Assembly (NCBI GenBank): GCA_023230565.1
Contig: JALNXD010000016.1
Coordinates: 973-64,972, forward strand
DNA length: 64,000 nt
Direction of reading: 5' to 3'
DNA from: Syntrophales bacterium
GTDB taxonomy: Bacteria > Desulfobacterota > Syntrophia > Syntrophales > UBA2210
In this document: positions 1 through 9,626 of the stretch, one piece after another
How positions within the stretch are numbered: the first letter of the stretch is position 1
Layout: the number at the start of each line of letters is the position of its first letter
Made by a program: the position numbers and the translations under genes
Notes under the pieces: generated by a model
Seen by the model: only the letters and a program-made list of their open reading frames with translations
What the model was told of the DNA's origin: nothing
The model's database searches: none

Positions 1-1
1 A

Positions 2-2395
2 TATCTCTCGGTAATGGCGGAAGACCGGAGAATCACTGAACAGGATCGTACCATCTATTCCTTGTGCCGCCCTGAGCGTCTTCTTGAACTGGTGTATAAA
101 TTCATTCTTTTTGACAACGGCACAAAAAAGATTGCCCGCTACCAACAGTACTTTACAGTTCATGACATTATGAATCGCATTCTCAGCGCACCGCCGAACG
201 AACCGCGACAGGGCGGCGTCGTATGGCACACCCAGGGAAGCGGCAAATCACTTACCATGGTAATGCTTGCCAAATCGCTTGCACTGCATAAAAACATTTT
301 GAATCCCAAAGTTATTCTGGTAACGGACCGTATAGATCTTGACGATCAGCTCTGGGGGACCTTTCGGGCCTGCGGGCTGGAACCGGAGCAGGCAAATACG
401 GGGAAACATCTCGTGGATCTTCTCCTCGACCGCCGGACCCACATTGTCACCACGGTTATTCACAAGTTTGCCGCGGCAACGGCGAATCGCCGCCTGACAC
501 AGGCCGATCGCAATACCTTTGTCCTGGTCGATGAAGGGCACCGTGGCCAATATCAGGAACAACATGCCCGTATGCGGCTGGCGCTCAAGGGCGCCTGTTT
601 TATCGCCTTTAGCGGAACACCGCTGGCCAAATCAGCCAAGAGAAACACCTTTGTAAAATTCGGCGATCTCTTTCAACCGCCCTATACAATCGCCAGGGCC
701 GTGGAAGATAAGGCGGTAGTTCCGCTCCTCTATGAAGCAAGGCACGTGCCGCAGGATGTCGACAGAGAAGCAATTGACGGCTGGTTCGAGAAGCTGACCA
801 TGGGACTCACGAAAGAACAGAGAGCCGATCTCAAACGAAAATTTTCCACCGAACGCCAGCTCAACATGGCAAAGCACAAGGTACGTATGATTGCCTGGGA
901 TGTCAGCGTCCATTATTCCACTACATATCAGGGCACCGGTCTCAAAGGACAACTTGTGACGCCGCGCAAGGATACGGCCCTTCTATACAAGCAATTTATG
1001 GACGAATTCGGCCTTGTCGCAACAGAGGTGTTGATCTCCGCACCTTCTGTTCATGAAGGGGAGGACTACCATGGAAACGGCTCGTCTGAAACTGAAAAGG
1101 AATTCTGGCAAGCCATGATGGACCGCTTCGGCTCCGAGAATAACTACAACAAGCAGCTTATTAACGCCTTCAAGAATAGCGAAGAGCCTGAAATCATCAT
1201 CGTTGTGGACAAACTGCTTACCGGATTTGATGCGCCAAGAAATACCGTGCTGTACCTTGCCCGTAAGTTAAAGGAACACACCCTTCTCCAGGCGATTGCC
1301 CGGGTCAATCGTCTGCACGAAGGCAAAGAATACGGCTTGATTCTCGACTATAGCGGCGTTATCGAAGAACTCGACGAGGCCATCGATTTTTACAGCCGTC
1401 TTGCCGATTACGACCGTTCCGATCTGGCAGAAACCGTGACATACATTGCCGATAAGGTGAGAAAACTGCCGCAACTTCATTCGAACCTGTGGGAGCTTTT
1501 TCAGACTGTGCGCGGCTCGAAGGATCCCGAAGCGTATGAAACGCATCTTCGGGATGACGAACTGCGAAGTAAATTTTACGAACGATTCAGCATGTTTGCC
1601 CGCACGCTTTCTCTCGCATTATCATCGTCAAATTTCCTGGAAATAACATCGCCGAAAACAATCGATATGTACAAAGCAGATCTGAAATTTTTCCAGAATC
1701 TGCGAGCCGCTGTCACGCTTCGCTATCAGGAATCCATTGATTTTTCGGAGTATGAACCGAAGATCAAGAAGCTGATCGATACCCATGTAGGAGCAGGGGA
1801 GGTCGAGCAGCTCTGCGATCCCATAAATCTGTTGGACGCCAAGGCGCGCGATCAGATCCTCGAAGATCGGGGAAAAAGTGCGGGCGCAAAGGCGGACACG
1901 ATTGCATCAGCCACGAAACATGTCATCGAACATGAAATGGCGAAAGATCCGGCCTTCTATAAAAAGTTTTCGAAATTGCTTGAAGAGGTGATTGAAGCCT
2001 ATCATGCAGGCCGCCTACAGGCACTCGAAGCCCTTGAAAAAATCAAAGATATTTCCACGAAGGTTGTTACCCACACTGACGATGATGTTCCTGCGGAATT
2101 AATCGGAAACGACATGGCGCGCAGATATTTCGGCTGTGTCCGTGAACCCCTGGCCATCTATTCAGTGGAAAACGACAAACCGAAAACGGATATTGCGCTT
2201 CGAATCGTCGACCGCATCGGAAAACATAAAATTCGAGACTGGCGCACCAACCTGGATGCAATCAACCGCATGCGGGGCGAGATTGACGACATACTTTTCG
2301 AAGTCGCCGACCAATACGATCTTGCCATGCCCATTGAACAATTCGATGCAATTATCGACCGGTGCATAGAGGTTGCGATTGCAAATGAAGACTGA
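2..2395 (+). CDS. hsdR: Type I restriction enzyme R subunit (HsdR), 5-prime end cut off by the window edge
   Basis: The frame is open from nt 2, with no stop before the first ATG at 14. SF2 helicase motif I is GSGKSLTM and motif II is VLVDEGHR. The long C-terminal helical region is typical of HsdR. The N-terminal nuclease domain is not in the window. Confidence 0.85.
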   Translation, partial: YLSVMAEDRRITEQDRTIYSLCRPERLLELVYKFILFDNGTKKIARYQQYFTVHDIMNRILSAPPNEPRQGGVVWHTQGSGKSLTMVMLAKSLALHKNILNPKVILVTDRIDLDDQLWGTFRACGLEPEQANTGKHLVDLLLDRRTHIVTTVIHKFAAATANRRLTQADRNTFVLVDEGHRGQYQEQHARMRLALKGACFIAFSGTPLAKSAKRNTFVKFGDLFQPPYTIARAVEDKAVVPLLYEARHVPQDVDREAIDGWFEKLTMGLTKEQRADLKRKFSTERQLNMAKHKVRMIAWDVSVHYSTTYQGTGLKGQLVTPRKDTALLYKQFMDEFGLVATEVLISAPSVHEGEDYHGNGSSETEKEFWQAMMDRFGSENNYNKQLINAFKNSEEPEIIIVVDKLLTGFDAPRNTVLYLARKLKEHTLLQAIARVNRLHEGKEYGLILDYSGVIEELDEAIDFYSRLADYDRSDLAETVTYIADKVRKLPQLHSNLWELFQTVRGSKDPEAYETHLRDDELRSKFYERFSMFARTLSLALSSSNFLEITSPKTIDMYKADLKFFQNLRAAVTLRYQESIDFSEYEPKIKKLIDTHVGAGEVEQLCDPINLLDAKARDQILEDRGKSAGAKADTIASATKHVIEHEMAKDPAFYKKFSKLLEEVIEAYHAGRLQALEALEKIKDISTKVVTHTDDDVPAELIGNDMARRYFGCVREPLAIYSVENDKPKTDIALRIVDRIGKHKIRDWRTNLDAINRMRGEIDDILFEVADQYDLAMPIEQFDAIIDRCIEVAIANED

Positions 2396-3107
2396 GGGTG
2401 AATCGCGGACTCTTGTATATGGCAAAAGAGAAATTCCCTACCGGCTTTACAGGGCGAAACGAAAACGGCTGCGCATTGTCGTGTCTCCGGAACTTGAAGT
2501 CGATATATATGCACCGAATTCTGCAAGTGAAGAACATCTGTTACACGCCATTCAAAAGAAAGCGCCCTGGATAGCGCGAACGCTCGACAAACAGAAATCA
2601 TATCACCCCCTGCCCACACCCAAAAATTATGTGAGCGGAGAGACCTTTGTGTATCTGGGGCGGCAGTATCGGCTCAAGATAGAGCGTGGAAGCAACGATG
2701 CGGTTAAATTACGCGGCCCTTTTCTATGGGTTTGGGTTGATGACGAAAAAGATGTCGAACACATCAGAAAAGCTGTAAATTTGTGGTATCGGAAGCGTGC
2801 GCATGAGATTTTTAATCGCTACTCGAAAAGATGCTATGAGATTGCATCGCGTCATGGTGTACCCGAGCCATTGTTATTTATACGTGAAATGAGGAAGCGT
2901 TGGGGCAGTTGCAGTTCTGCTGGCCGCATTACGCTCAATGTCAACCTTGTGAAAGTGCCGGTACACTGCATAGAATATGTGATATTTCATGAACTTTGTC
3001 ATATGAAGCACCACAATCACTCAAAAGCATTCTACTCACTCCTGACGCGCTGTCTGCCGGATTGGAGAAAACGAAAAGAGACACTGGACAAGTTCAAAAT
3101 TTCATAA
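2373..3107 (+). CDS. DUF45/YgjP-like zinc metallopeptidase (M48 superfamily)
   Basis: Motif HELCHMKHHNHS followed by FYSLL..LPDW. The start overlaps the hsdR stop by 23 nt. This family is frequently linked to type I R-M loci. Confidence 0.8.
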   Translation: MRLQMKTEGESRTLVYGKREIPYRLYRAKRKRLRIVVSPELEVDIYAPNSASEEHLLHAIQKKAPWIARTLDKQKSYHPLPTPKNYVSGETFVYLGRQYRLKIERGSNDAVKLRGPFLWVWVDDEKDVEHIRKAVNLWYRKRAHEIFNRYSKRCYEIASRHGVPEPLLFIREMRKRWGSCSSAGRITLNVNLVKVPVHCIEYVIFHELCHMKHHNHSKAFYSLLTRCLPDWRKRKETLDKFKIS

Positions 3108-3266
3108 ACCTCCTCTGTTATTGAATCGCCAAGAGGAAAATTTGCCTTAATCTTGGCATATTCCTAAATTTCACAATCAATTTTGACTTACATCAAAGCC
3201 ATTTATACTGAAAGTGCGTATTCTAGGCTTGGCTCAAGGACATACAAGAGCGGAAAGGAAATCAAA

Positions 3267-4019
3267 ATGAAAATACTCCGAAAGATCGTCACTATAAATG
3301 AAGAAAAATGCGATGGTTGCGGTCTCTGCACCGAGGCCTGCGCCGAAGGCGCTATACGGATTATTAACGGGAAGGCAAAACTGATTGCCGATAAATACTG
3401 CGACGGCCTGGGGGCCTGTCTCGGAGAATGCCCCCAGGGCGCGATAGACATCACTGAGAGGGAGGCGGAGGCGTTCGACGAGACTGCCGTGGAGGCCCAT
3501 CTTCACAGAGCAGCGCCGTCCATTGCGGAGGATCTGAAGCCCCTGGCCTGCGGCTGTCCTTCGGCGCATATCGAGACCTTTTCAAAAATACCTTCACAGG
3601 GAATGGCCGAGAAGCCGGTTTTAGGAGAAAGTAGTCAATCTGAACTCACTCACTGGCCCGTTCAGATCCGGCTCGTGCCTCCTACGGCCCCTTTTCTCGA
3701 GGGCGCCGATCTGCTTGTGGCCGCTGACTGTACCCCGGTTACCTATGAAAGGTTTCATCAGGATTTTCTGAAAGGGCGGATCGTCCTTATGGGATGCCCG
3801 AAATTCGATGATCAGGAGGCCTATATCGACAAGTTCGCACAGATTTTTCAGAAGGCAGATGTGAAGGGCATAACGGTCCTCGTCATGGAGGTTCCCTGCT
3901 GTCAGGGTCTGCCGGCAATCCTGCAACGTGCAATGGAAAGGGCAGGCAAGGAGATTCCTCTTAAAAGAATGGTCATTACCACCCGCGGGACAATTGCCGG
4001 CACAATGGACATGCATTGA
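3267..4019 (+). CDS. 4Fe-4S ferredoxin-domain protein
   Basis: Motifs CDGCGLCTEAC and CDGLGACLGECP. I chose the ATG at 3267 (MKILRK) because GGAAAGGAA lies upstream. The track ORF begins at 3183. Confidence 0.7.
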   Translation: MKILRKIVTINEEKCDGCGLCTEACAEGAIRIINGKAKLIADKYCDGLGACLGECPQGAIDITEREAEAFDETAVEAHLHRAAPSIAEDLKPLACGCPSAHIETFSKIPSQGMAEKPVLGESSQSELTHWPVQIRLVPPTAPFLEGADLLVAADCTPVTYERFHQDFLKGRIVLMGCPKFDDQEAYIDKFAQIFQKADVKGITVLVMEVPCCQGLPAILQRAMERAGKEIPLKRMVITTRGTIAGTMDMH

Positions 4020-4265
4020 GGAAGAACTCGGCGATAATGAAGATGTTCTCGGACAAAGTCCGAAACTTGCGTATTAGATGGTTTCGTAAAAAGCTACTCA
4101 CACCGGAAGGCCGGTAATATGAGTGTAAGTTCGTAACGCTGACACAACGCTCATTAGCAGCTCTGTGCCGTTTAGAGAAGGGAATTTTTCAGGTCAGACC
4201 TGTGTTTCGATCGTGCGTCATTTTGCGAAGCAGTACGTGCACACTCGCACATAGCAAAAAATGCT

Positions 4266-5531
4266 TCACCCTTCCGGTTCGTTATCTTTGCAGGCGTCCG
4301 GAGCGTCCAGGGTGAGGCTTTCTATCTGCGGGAGCGACGCTCCTATGATCCCTTGCATATCTCCGTACATCCCGATAGTATTCTGTACGACACGTTCGAT
4401 CTGCTTTTCCCGTTTGGCCCAGATACGCGTCATGGCCCTTTTTTCCTGATCCAGATCCCCCTTCATGGAAATGAAAGTCTCGACAATGGCCTCGATCTTC
4501 TGCCTGAATTCAGGACCGGAGAGATAATTATAGAGCACTTCCATCTTTTCATTTTTTCCCACCGAAGCACGCTTGGTAAGGGCCACCTGGATCAGAGACA
4601 TCCGGAGGGCCGTCACCAAACCGACGACGGAGATATAATCGGTCACCCATATGCCATCAATATAGGCGAAATGCGGCACCTCCTTCGGCAACGCAACCGT
4701 AAAGAGGACGGCGATATCGGCCCGCATCTCCCTCTGATCGTCCTTGAGTTTGTCGATCCAGCCGTCGCTCCAGGCTTTGGTGCGCTTTGACTCCCACAAA
4801 ATGGCTCCGCACAAGTGCCCGGCGCCGTTATGCACCTTCTGAAAGACATCAGCGCCTCGGATGCCTTTCGGTACCGGTTCGATTTCGTCACAAGGGAAAT
4901 GTCCTCTCAGGATATCTTCCAGTTCCAGTTCAAGAACCTCGCCCTGCATCTGCTGCGAACCCTGTTCAGCCTTCCGCCGCATCTCCTCGATCTGTTTCTT
5001 TAAATCACCGATGAGCTTGTCTTTATCGAGATCCTTGAGTCGCTGCGCCTCCTGCATTTCGGCCACAGCAGCGTCCCTGATCCGCCGGCGTTCTTCATCA
5101 AGCTTCCGCGCCATCTCGAGTTCAAAGGCGCGTTTTGCCTCTTCCAGTTCCCTTCGCTCTTTTCTCAAGGCCAGCTCGAGCTCCTGAGCCTCATCCAGCC
5201 GCCGATTCTTTTCATCGATCTGGGTGCGAAGATCCTTAAGCTCAGCCTCTACGGCTTTGCTCATCCTGAGTTTTGTTTCCTTTTCGATCCTTTCCTGCTC
5301 AACTTTCAGACGTTCGGTAATAGTGGAATCGAAGGACTTTCTCTCCCGGACGAGCCGTTCTTCCTTTTCTTTTAATGCTGAAATCCTTTCCTGAAGCTCG
5401 AACTCTTTTTTTCGGGTCTCTTCTTCCTGTTCTTTTTTCAGTTCCTCTCTGATCCGGTGGGATATTGCCTCTGTAAGAGGGATTTCCCGTCTGCAGTTGG
5501 GACAGATAATTACGTTTTCCGGCATTCTCAT
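4266..5531 (-). CDS. DUF2130-family protein (CxxC zinc ribbon, long coiled coil, C-terminal nuclease-like domain)
   Basis: N-terminal ICPNCRREIPLTEA. About 200 aa of E/K/R-rich heptad-like sequence follows. The C-terminal globular part has GADVFQ...ILWESKRTKAWSDGWIDKLKDD. Confidence 0.65.
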   Translation of the reverse strand: MRMPENVIICPNCRREIPLTEAISHRIREELKKEQEEETRKKEFELQERISALKEKEERLVRERKSFDSTITERLKVEQERIEKETKLRMSKAVEAELKDLRTQIDEKNRRLDEAQELELALRKERRELEEAKRAFELEMARKLDEERRRIRDAAVAEMQEAQRLKDLDKDKLIGDLKKQIEEMRRKAEQGSQQMQGEVLELELEDILRGHFPCDEIEPVPKGIRGADVFQKVHNGAGHLCGAILWESKRTKAWSDGWIDKLKDDQREMRADIAVLFTVALPKEVPHFAYIDGIWVTDYISVVGLVTALRMSLIQVALTKRASVGKNEKMEVLYNYLSGPEFRQKIEAIVETFISMKGDLDQEKRAMTRIWAKREKQIERVVQNTIGMYGDMQGIIGASLPQIESLTLDAPDACKDNEPEG

Positions 5532-5596
5532 TTACTATATCCTCGCATGGGTGTTATTTGCTGTATGAATGGAATCCGGCAGAGTAAGCACAGCCT

Positions 5597-6076
5597 TCAT
5601 GAATCGATGCGGGCGCTCTTGATTTCTCTCATTGCCTTCGGGATGGTATCCCTGGGGCTTATTTTGTACCAGCTTCGCCGTATCCTTCCATTTTCTCCTA
5701 CAAGAAAAGAAGACCGGATAACGCCCATGAACTTTTTTCCATACATGTTTTTTTCGCCCCATACACAATATGCACGGGCAATTTGGCAGTCTTCGTCGGA
5801 AAGAAGCGGAAACCCGAGGGATTCTTTTTCATCGAATTTCTTCAACGCCGGAGCTGGATCGGGGCTGATGCCGACCACCGAAACATCCAGGGACGAGAGT
5901 TCTGCGCCGGCATTGCTGGCAGCCCGGGCCTGGGCAGTACATCCCGATGTTCCCGCCTTGGGGAAAAAATAGACGAGGAGCTTTCGTCCCTTGAAATCGG
6001 AAAGCCTGACCCTGCGTCCGTGCTGATCGGTAAGATCGAAGTCGGGTGCTTTGTCGCCCTGCTTGAGATTATCCAC
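5597..6076 (-). CDS. bcp: Thiol peroxidase Bcp (peroxiredoxin)
   Basis: Motif KLLVYFFPKAGTSGCTAQA. I prefer the GTG start at 6076 because AGGAGG lies 5 nt upstream and it removes the overlap with the upstream hydrolase gene. The track ORF extends to 6208. Confidence 0.85.
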   Translation of the reverse strand: MDNLKQGDKAPDFDLTDQHGRRVRLSDFKGRKLLVYFFPKAGTSGCTAQARAASNAGAELSSLDVSVVGISPDPAPALKKFDEKESLGFPLLSDEDCQIARAYCVWGEKNMYGKKFMGVIRSSFLVGENGRIRRSWYKISPRDTIPKAMREIKSARIDS

Positions 6077-6090
6077 TGTGTACCTCCTTT

Positions 6091-6720
6091 CTATATTGAT
6101 CCGTTTCCGCTGCCTCCGGCGGAAAGATACTCTTCCAGATGGGAACGGATTTCCTTTTCGTAACCGAAATAGAAATGGTCGGCGTCTTTTACAACGGATA
6201 GCCTGCACCCGATTCGAGCGGATTCCTGCCGCAATTTTTCAATTGGACAAAATTGATCCCTGCTGCCGCATATAACAAGTCCGCATTTCCCTTCAAGGGC
6301 AGCAAGGTCTAAATCAAGTAAATCAATAGGTGGTGAAATCATAATGAAATCTTGAAATATTTCTCCTCCCGCCAGCACCTTCGAGTTGACCCAGGCTCCG
6401 AAGGAATAGCCCGCCAGGATGGGATCGTTCACTTTCTGTTCTAAAAGAAACGTCCTGGCGGCCTTCACGTCCTCCTGCTCCCCTAGACCGTTATCGAAGC
6501 TGCCCTCGCTCATTCCGACGCTCCTGAAATTGAAGCGAAGTGTCGCGTATCCGCAATTCAAAAAGGCGGAAACCATCGTGCCGACCACGTTGTTATCCAT
6601 GCTTCCCCCCATTTGTGAATGGGGATGCGTAATGATGACACCGCCTGCGCCTTTTCCTTTGCCATGGAGCCCTTCCAGACGAAGCGATCCGCTTGTGAAC
6701 CATACCCTTTCTTCTTCCAT
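6091..6720 (-). CDS. Alpha/beta-fold hydrolase
   Basis: Nucleophile elbow GYSFG, HPHSQMGGSMDNNV, and a C-terminal DADHFY catalytic-His context. Confidence 0.7.
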   Translation of the reverse strand: MEEERVWFTSGSLRLEGLHGKGKGAGGVIITHPHSQMGGSMDNNVVGTMVSAFLNCGYATLRFNFRSVGMSEGSFDNGLGEQEDVKAARTFLLEQKVNDPILAGYSFGAWVNSKVLAGGEIFQDFIMISPPIDLLDLDLAALEGKCGLVICGSRDQFCPIEKLRQESARIGCRLSVVKDADHFYFGYEKEIRSHLEEYLSAGGSGNGSI

Positions 6721-6872
6721 TGCCGGCCATCTCCTGAGGGAGTGTCTAAACCTGTTGTTTTTCTATACAGTAACGCTTTTAAAGTCAATCTTGAAGGCAA
6801 AGGGGCCAACACTGAAAAACGATATCGAGACGCCGACCCGGTTCGCCCTCCATATGGGAAAAAAGGCTCTTT

Positions 6873-7451
6873 TTACTCTTCTTTCGCCCCTATCCTTTCA
6901 TACATTTCATCAAGCAATCTGTCCAGGCCATATTCCGATGGAAGCGGGTACATTATTGAAAACTGCATGGCCGGCGGACAGTTTTTCCAGATTCCGCTGT
7001 CAATGAAAGTCTGGTATGTCTTGTCACCCGGCATTAAATACCCTTCCAGACTATGCTGGCCAAGAAGATCGATGCATCGCACACTTCCGAATTGTGTTCT
7101 GAAATCTCTGATGAATCTCTGTGTATATTCTCCGATAAGCAGCCTCAAGACCGACGTATCCCTGAATGTGTTTGAAATATCGATTCCAAATACGATAATG
7201 GCTCCGGTAACTCCTCCACATACTTCTCCCATACCTGAAAATCCGGCGCCCAGCCCAATGGTGATATCATTGAGCCAATTCCATTCATTCCTTCGAATAT
7301 AAGGACAGAAAGGTTCCAATGCCTCCAATGATATTTCGGTGCATCTGTTATTGACGTACACCGGGTTGGCACCCATTTTCAGCGGACTTCTCGTTCTCAT
7401 GAGCTTCATTGCTCTTTCCGCTGCCCTTTCATGCATTTCCTTGTCATACAT
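6873..7451 (-). CDS. C_GCAxxG_C_C family redox protein
   Basis: GEVCGGVTGAIIVFG plus conserved Cys positions (RCTE, RCIDLL, NCPPA). Confidence 0.55.
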   Translation of the reverse strand: MYDKEMHERAAERAMKLMRTRSPLKMGANPVYVNNRCTEISLEALEPFCPYIRRNEWNWLNDITIGLGAGFSGMGEVCGGVTGAIIVFGIDISNTFRDTSVLRLLIGEYTQRFIRDFRTQFGSVRCIDLLGQHSLEGYLMPGDKTYQTFIDSGIWKNCPPAMQFSIMYPLPSEYGLDRLLDEMYERIGAKEE

Positions 7452-7753
7452 TTTGTCTCTCCTTTTTTGCTGATTTTGAATTTGAATAAAGCGGAATATT
7501 TTTCCCCGGCTGAATGCTCAAAAATATCAGATAGCAAGATCTGTTAAATTAGCATAGAAGAAAAATACCTGAGAAGAAAAAAAATAATTGATCTAAACTG
7601 AAGCAGTTGATATGGTCCAAAAGTAAGAAGGAGAGGTTCTAATTTGCCTGATATAACTCGATTCGAGCGATATTCGCAGATGTTCTTCAGGGCGGCTGTA
7701 AACGGGGAAGTCAGGCATAAGGAGAAACGAAAATTGAATACCAGGAGGGAAGG

Positions 7754-8947
7754 ATGAAGAAATCAGTTTTAGCAGTGTCATTGGCTTTGGTGTTTTGCTT
7801 CATGAGCATGAGTATTGTGGGGACTTCTGCTTATGCCGAGAAGGAAATACGTGTCGGGCATTTAACAGCGATAAGCGGTCCGGCTTCCGTATGGGGAATA
7901 GCGAATTCAAGGGCTATGTCGCTGGGTGCAGATAAGATCAATGAAAATGGGGGCTTCAAAGTCAAGGGAGAAACCTACAAGTGGAAAACAATTATCTATG
8001 ATCATAAATATATTCCTGCAGAGGCTGTGAAAGCTCTTAACAAGGCCATTTATGCCGATAAAGTCTCTCTTGTGACCATTATGGGCGGAAGTCCTACGTT
8101 AGCCTGTATCCCCCTTTTAAAACAAAATAACATGATATCGCTCAATGATGCGGCCGGCGGAAAAAGCGTGACGAATCCCGATAATCCTCTGGTATTCAGG
8201 CATAACCCCGGCATCGAGGCTTCTTATGCGGTAGAGTTGAAGTATCTCAAAGAGAAGTACGGGATCAAGACGATCGCATCGCTCAACCCGGACGATGAAA
8301 CGGGAAAGGCCAATGCGGAGGCTATCAAATATGTAAATGAAAAAGCACAATTCGGTTTTGATCTTTTCCCGAGCGAGTTTTTCGAAAGGGGAAGTAAAGA
8401 TTTTACGGCCGTGCTCACGAGAATTATCGCCAAAAAGCCGGACCTCATCGAAACAGGGATGACCGATCCTACCAGTCAGGCACTCGTACTGAAACAGGCC
8501 AGGGAGCTTGGGTATAAGGGGCACATGTTACTGATTTGGGGGCCGGACCCGGCGCAGGTTTTGAAAATCGCGGGACCTTTGGCCGAAGGCGCATTCCTGG
8601 GCATAGCGATTACCGAGCCCGGAACCGATGAGGCAAAGGATCTTTACGAGAGATATCTGAAAAAATATCCTGCCGACGAATGGAACGGAAATTATTACAC
8701 CCATAGCGCTTTGTATGATTGTCTGACACCGGCTATCGAAAAGGCCCAGACTTTCAATCCTCAGGTACTCGTCAAAGTTATTGAAGACATGAAGTGGAAA
8801 GGCGCCTGGGGGAATTACAGCTGGGGCGGAACAGACCTGTTCGGAATTAAACGCCAGTTGCTGATGCCTGTGACCCTGCAGACCGTGGAAAACGGAAAAG
8901 TAATTCCTCTTATTGTCACCGATGTTCCTCCGGGAGTGCTGGATTAA
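7754..8947 (+). CDS. ABC-transporter periplasmic substrate-binding protein (LivK/type 1 PBP family), copy 1
   Basis: Signal peptide ending AYA-EKE. The sequence has a type 1 PBP fold. It is a same-length paralog of 11535..12728. Confidence 0.85.
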   Translation: MKKSVLAVSLALVFCFMSMSIVGTSAYAEKEIRVGHLTAISGPASVWGIANSRAMSLGADKINENGGFKVKGETYKWKTIIYDHKYIPAEAVKALNKAIYADKVSLVTIMGGSPTLACIPLLKQNNMISLNDAAGGKSVTNPDNPLVFRHNPGIEASYAVELKYLKEKYGIKTIASLNPDDETGKANAEAIKYVNEKAQFGFDLFPSEFFERGSKDFTAVLTRIIAKKPDLIETGMTDPTSQALVLKQARELGYKGHMLLIWGPDPAQVLKIAGPLAEGAFLGIAITEPGTDEAKDLYERYLKKYPADEWNGNYYTHSALYDCLTPAIEKAQTFNPQVLVKVIEDMKWKGAWGNYSWGGTDLFGIKRQLLMPVTLQTVENGKVIPLIVTDVPPGVLD

Positions 8948-8984
8948 CTCTCTGAAAGAAAAACACTGTTATAGATGCGTATGT

Positions 8985-9014
8985 GAACTGTCTCCGGTCT
9001 GCCGGAGGCAGTTC
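8985..9014 (+). terminator. Strong hairpin downstream of binding-protein gene 1
   Basis: GAACTGTCTCCGG-tctg-CCGGAGGCAGTTC forms a 13-bp stem with one G-U pair. No clear T-run follows. Confidence 0.5.
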
Positions 9015-9626
9015 ATTACGTTTGAGCAACATTAAAAAATTCAAAAATGCTCTCTTAAAAAATTCGCGATACTTATGAGGCGATATCGCAAGAAGCTCCT
9101 TATTCCGGCCGCACCGGTATACTATTGAGAACAGGTGAAGCTGTCGCATTAATTGTGTGGTAGTTCTCAACTCCATTTAGCGGCGCGAGTTTTTGTCCGG
9201 GCGGACCTGTTTTTCGACCATCCGGCTTCCGCGAAACTATCCGGGGAATTAGCGCTTTGCGCTCAAACAAAGCCGGACGGGCATTCCGCATCGACGGGCA
9301 TGTACAGGAAAAAAGCTGATGTGCGGTCAGAACCTCATGCCCTTAAACGGGAGAATACACGAATACGAATCACTTATTCGGAGGCTTTAAGGCAAAGCGC
9401 GGATTCCGGTAAATGAGGCATACCCGGGGGCTGCGCCGCAATAACGAAAGATGAAACGGATTGAAGTAAACGGGCTTTTCGACAAAGCCCTCAAAAATAT
9501 AGTTTTATAAGGTCGATAAAGTTTTGCCCGTGAGCAAGAAAGAATGGCACTTTGCCTTTCGATACGGTAATATTTTTACTTCGGGTGTAATAAAGCAAGT
9601 TTTTTATCACGTATATGGAGGTTCCG

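Noticed and set aside
5457-6275. Plus-strand ORFs (171, 126 and 74 aa) across the bcp/hydrolase region
   Set aside because: They are antisense to two genes with clear family motifs, and they lack both motifs and an RBS.
9100-9420. ORFs of 63-87 aa in the 660-nt gap between binding-protein gene 1 and the ligase
   Set aside because: They have low-complexity, Arg/Pro-rich translations without an RBS or any motif. The region may contain regulatory sequence, but I could not define any.
9540-9560. TGGCAC...TTGC words upstream of the acyl-CoA ligase as a sigma-54 promoter
   Set aside because: The GG and GC elements are separated by far fewer than the required 10 nt (TGGCACTTTGCC), so the -24/-12 geometry is not met.
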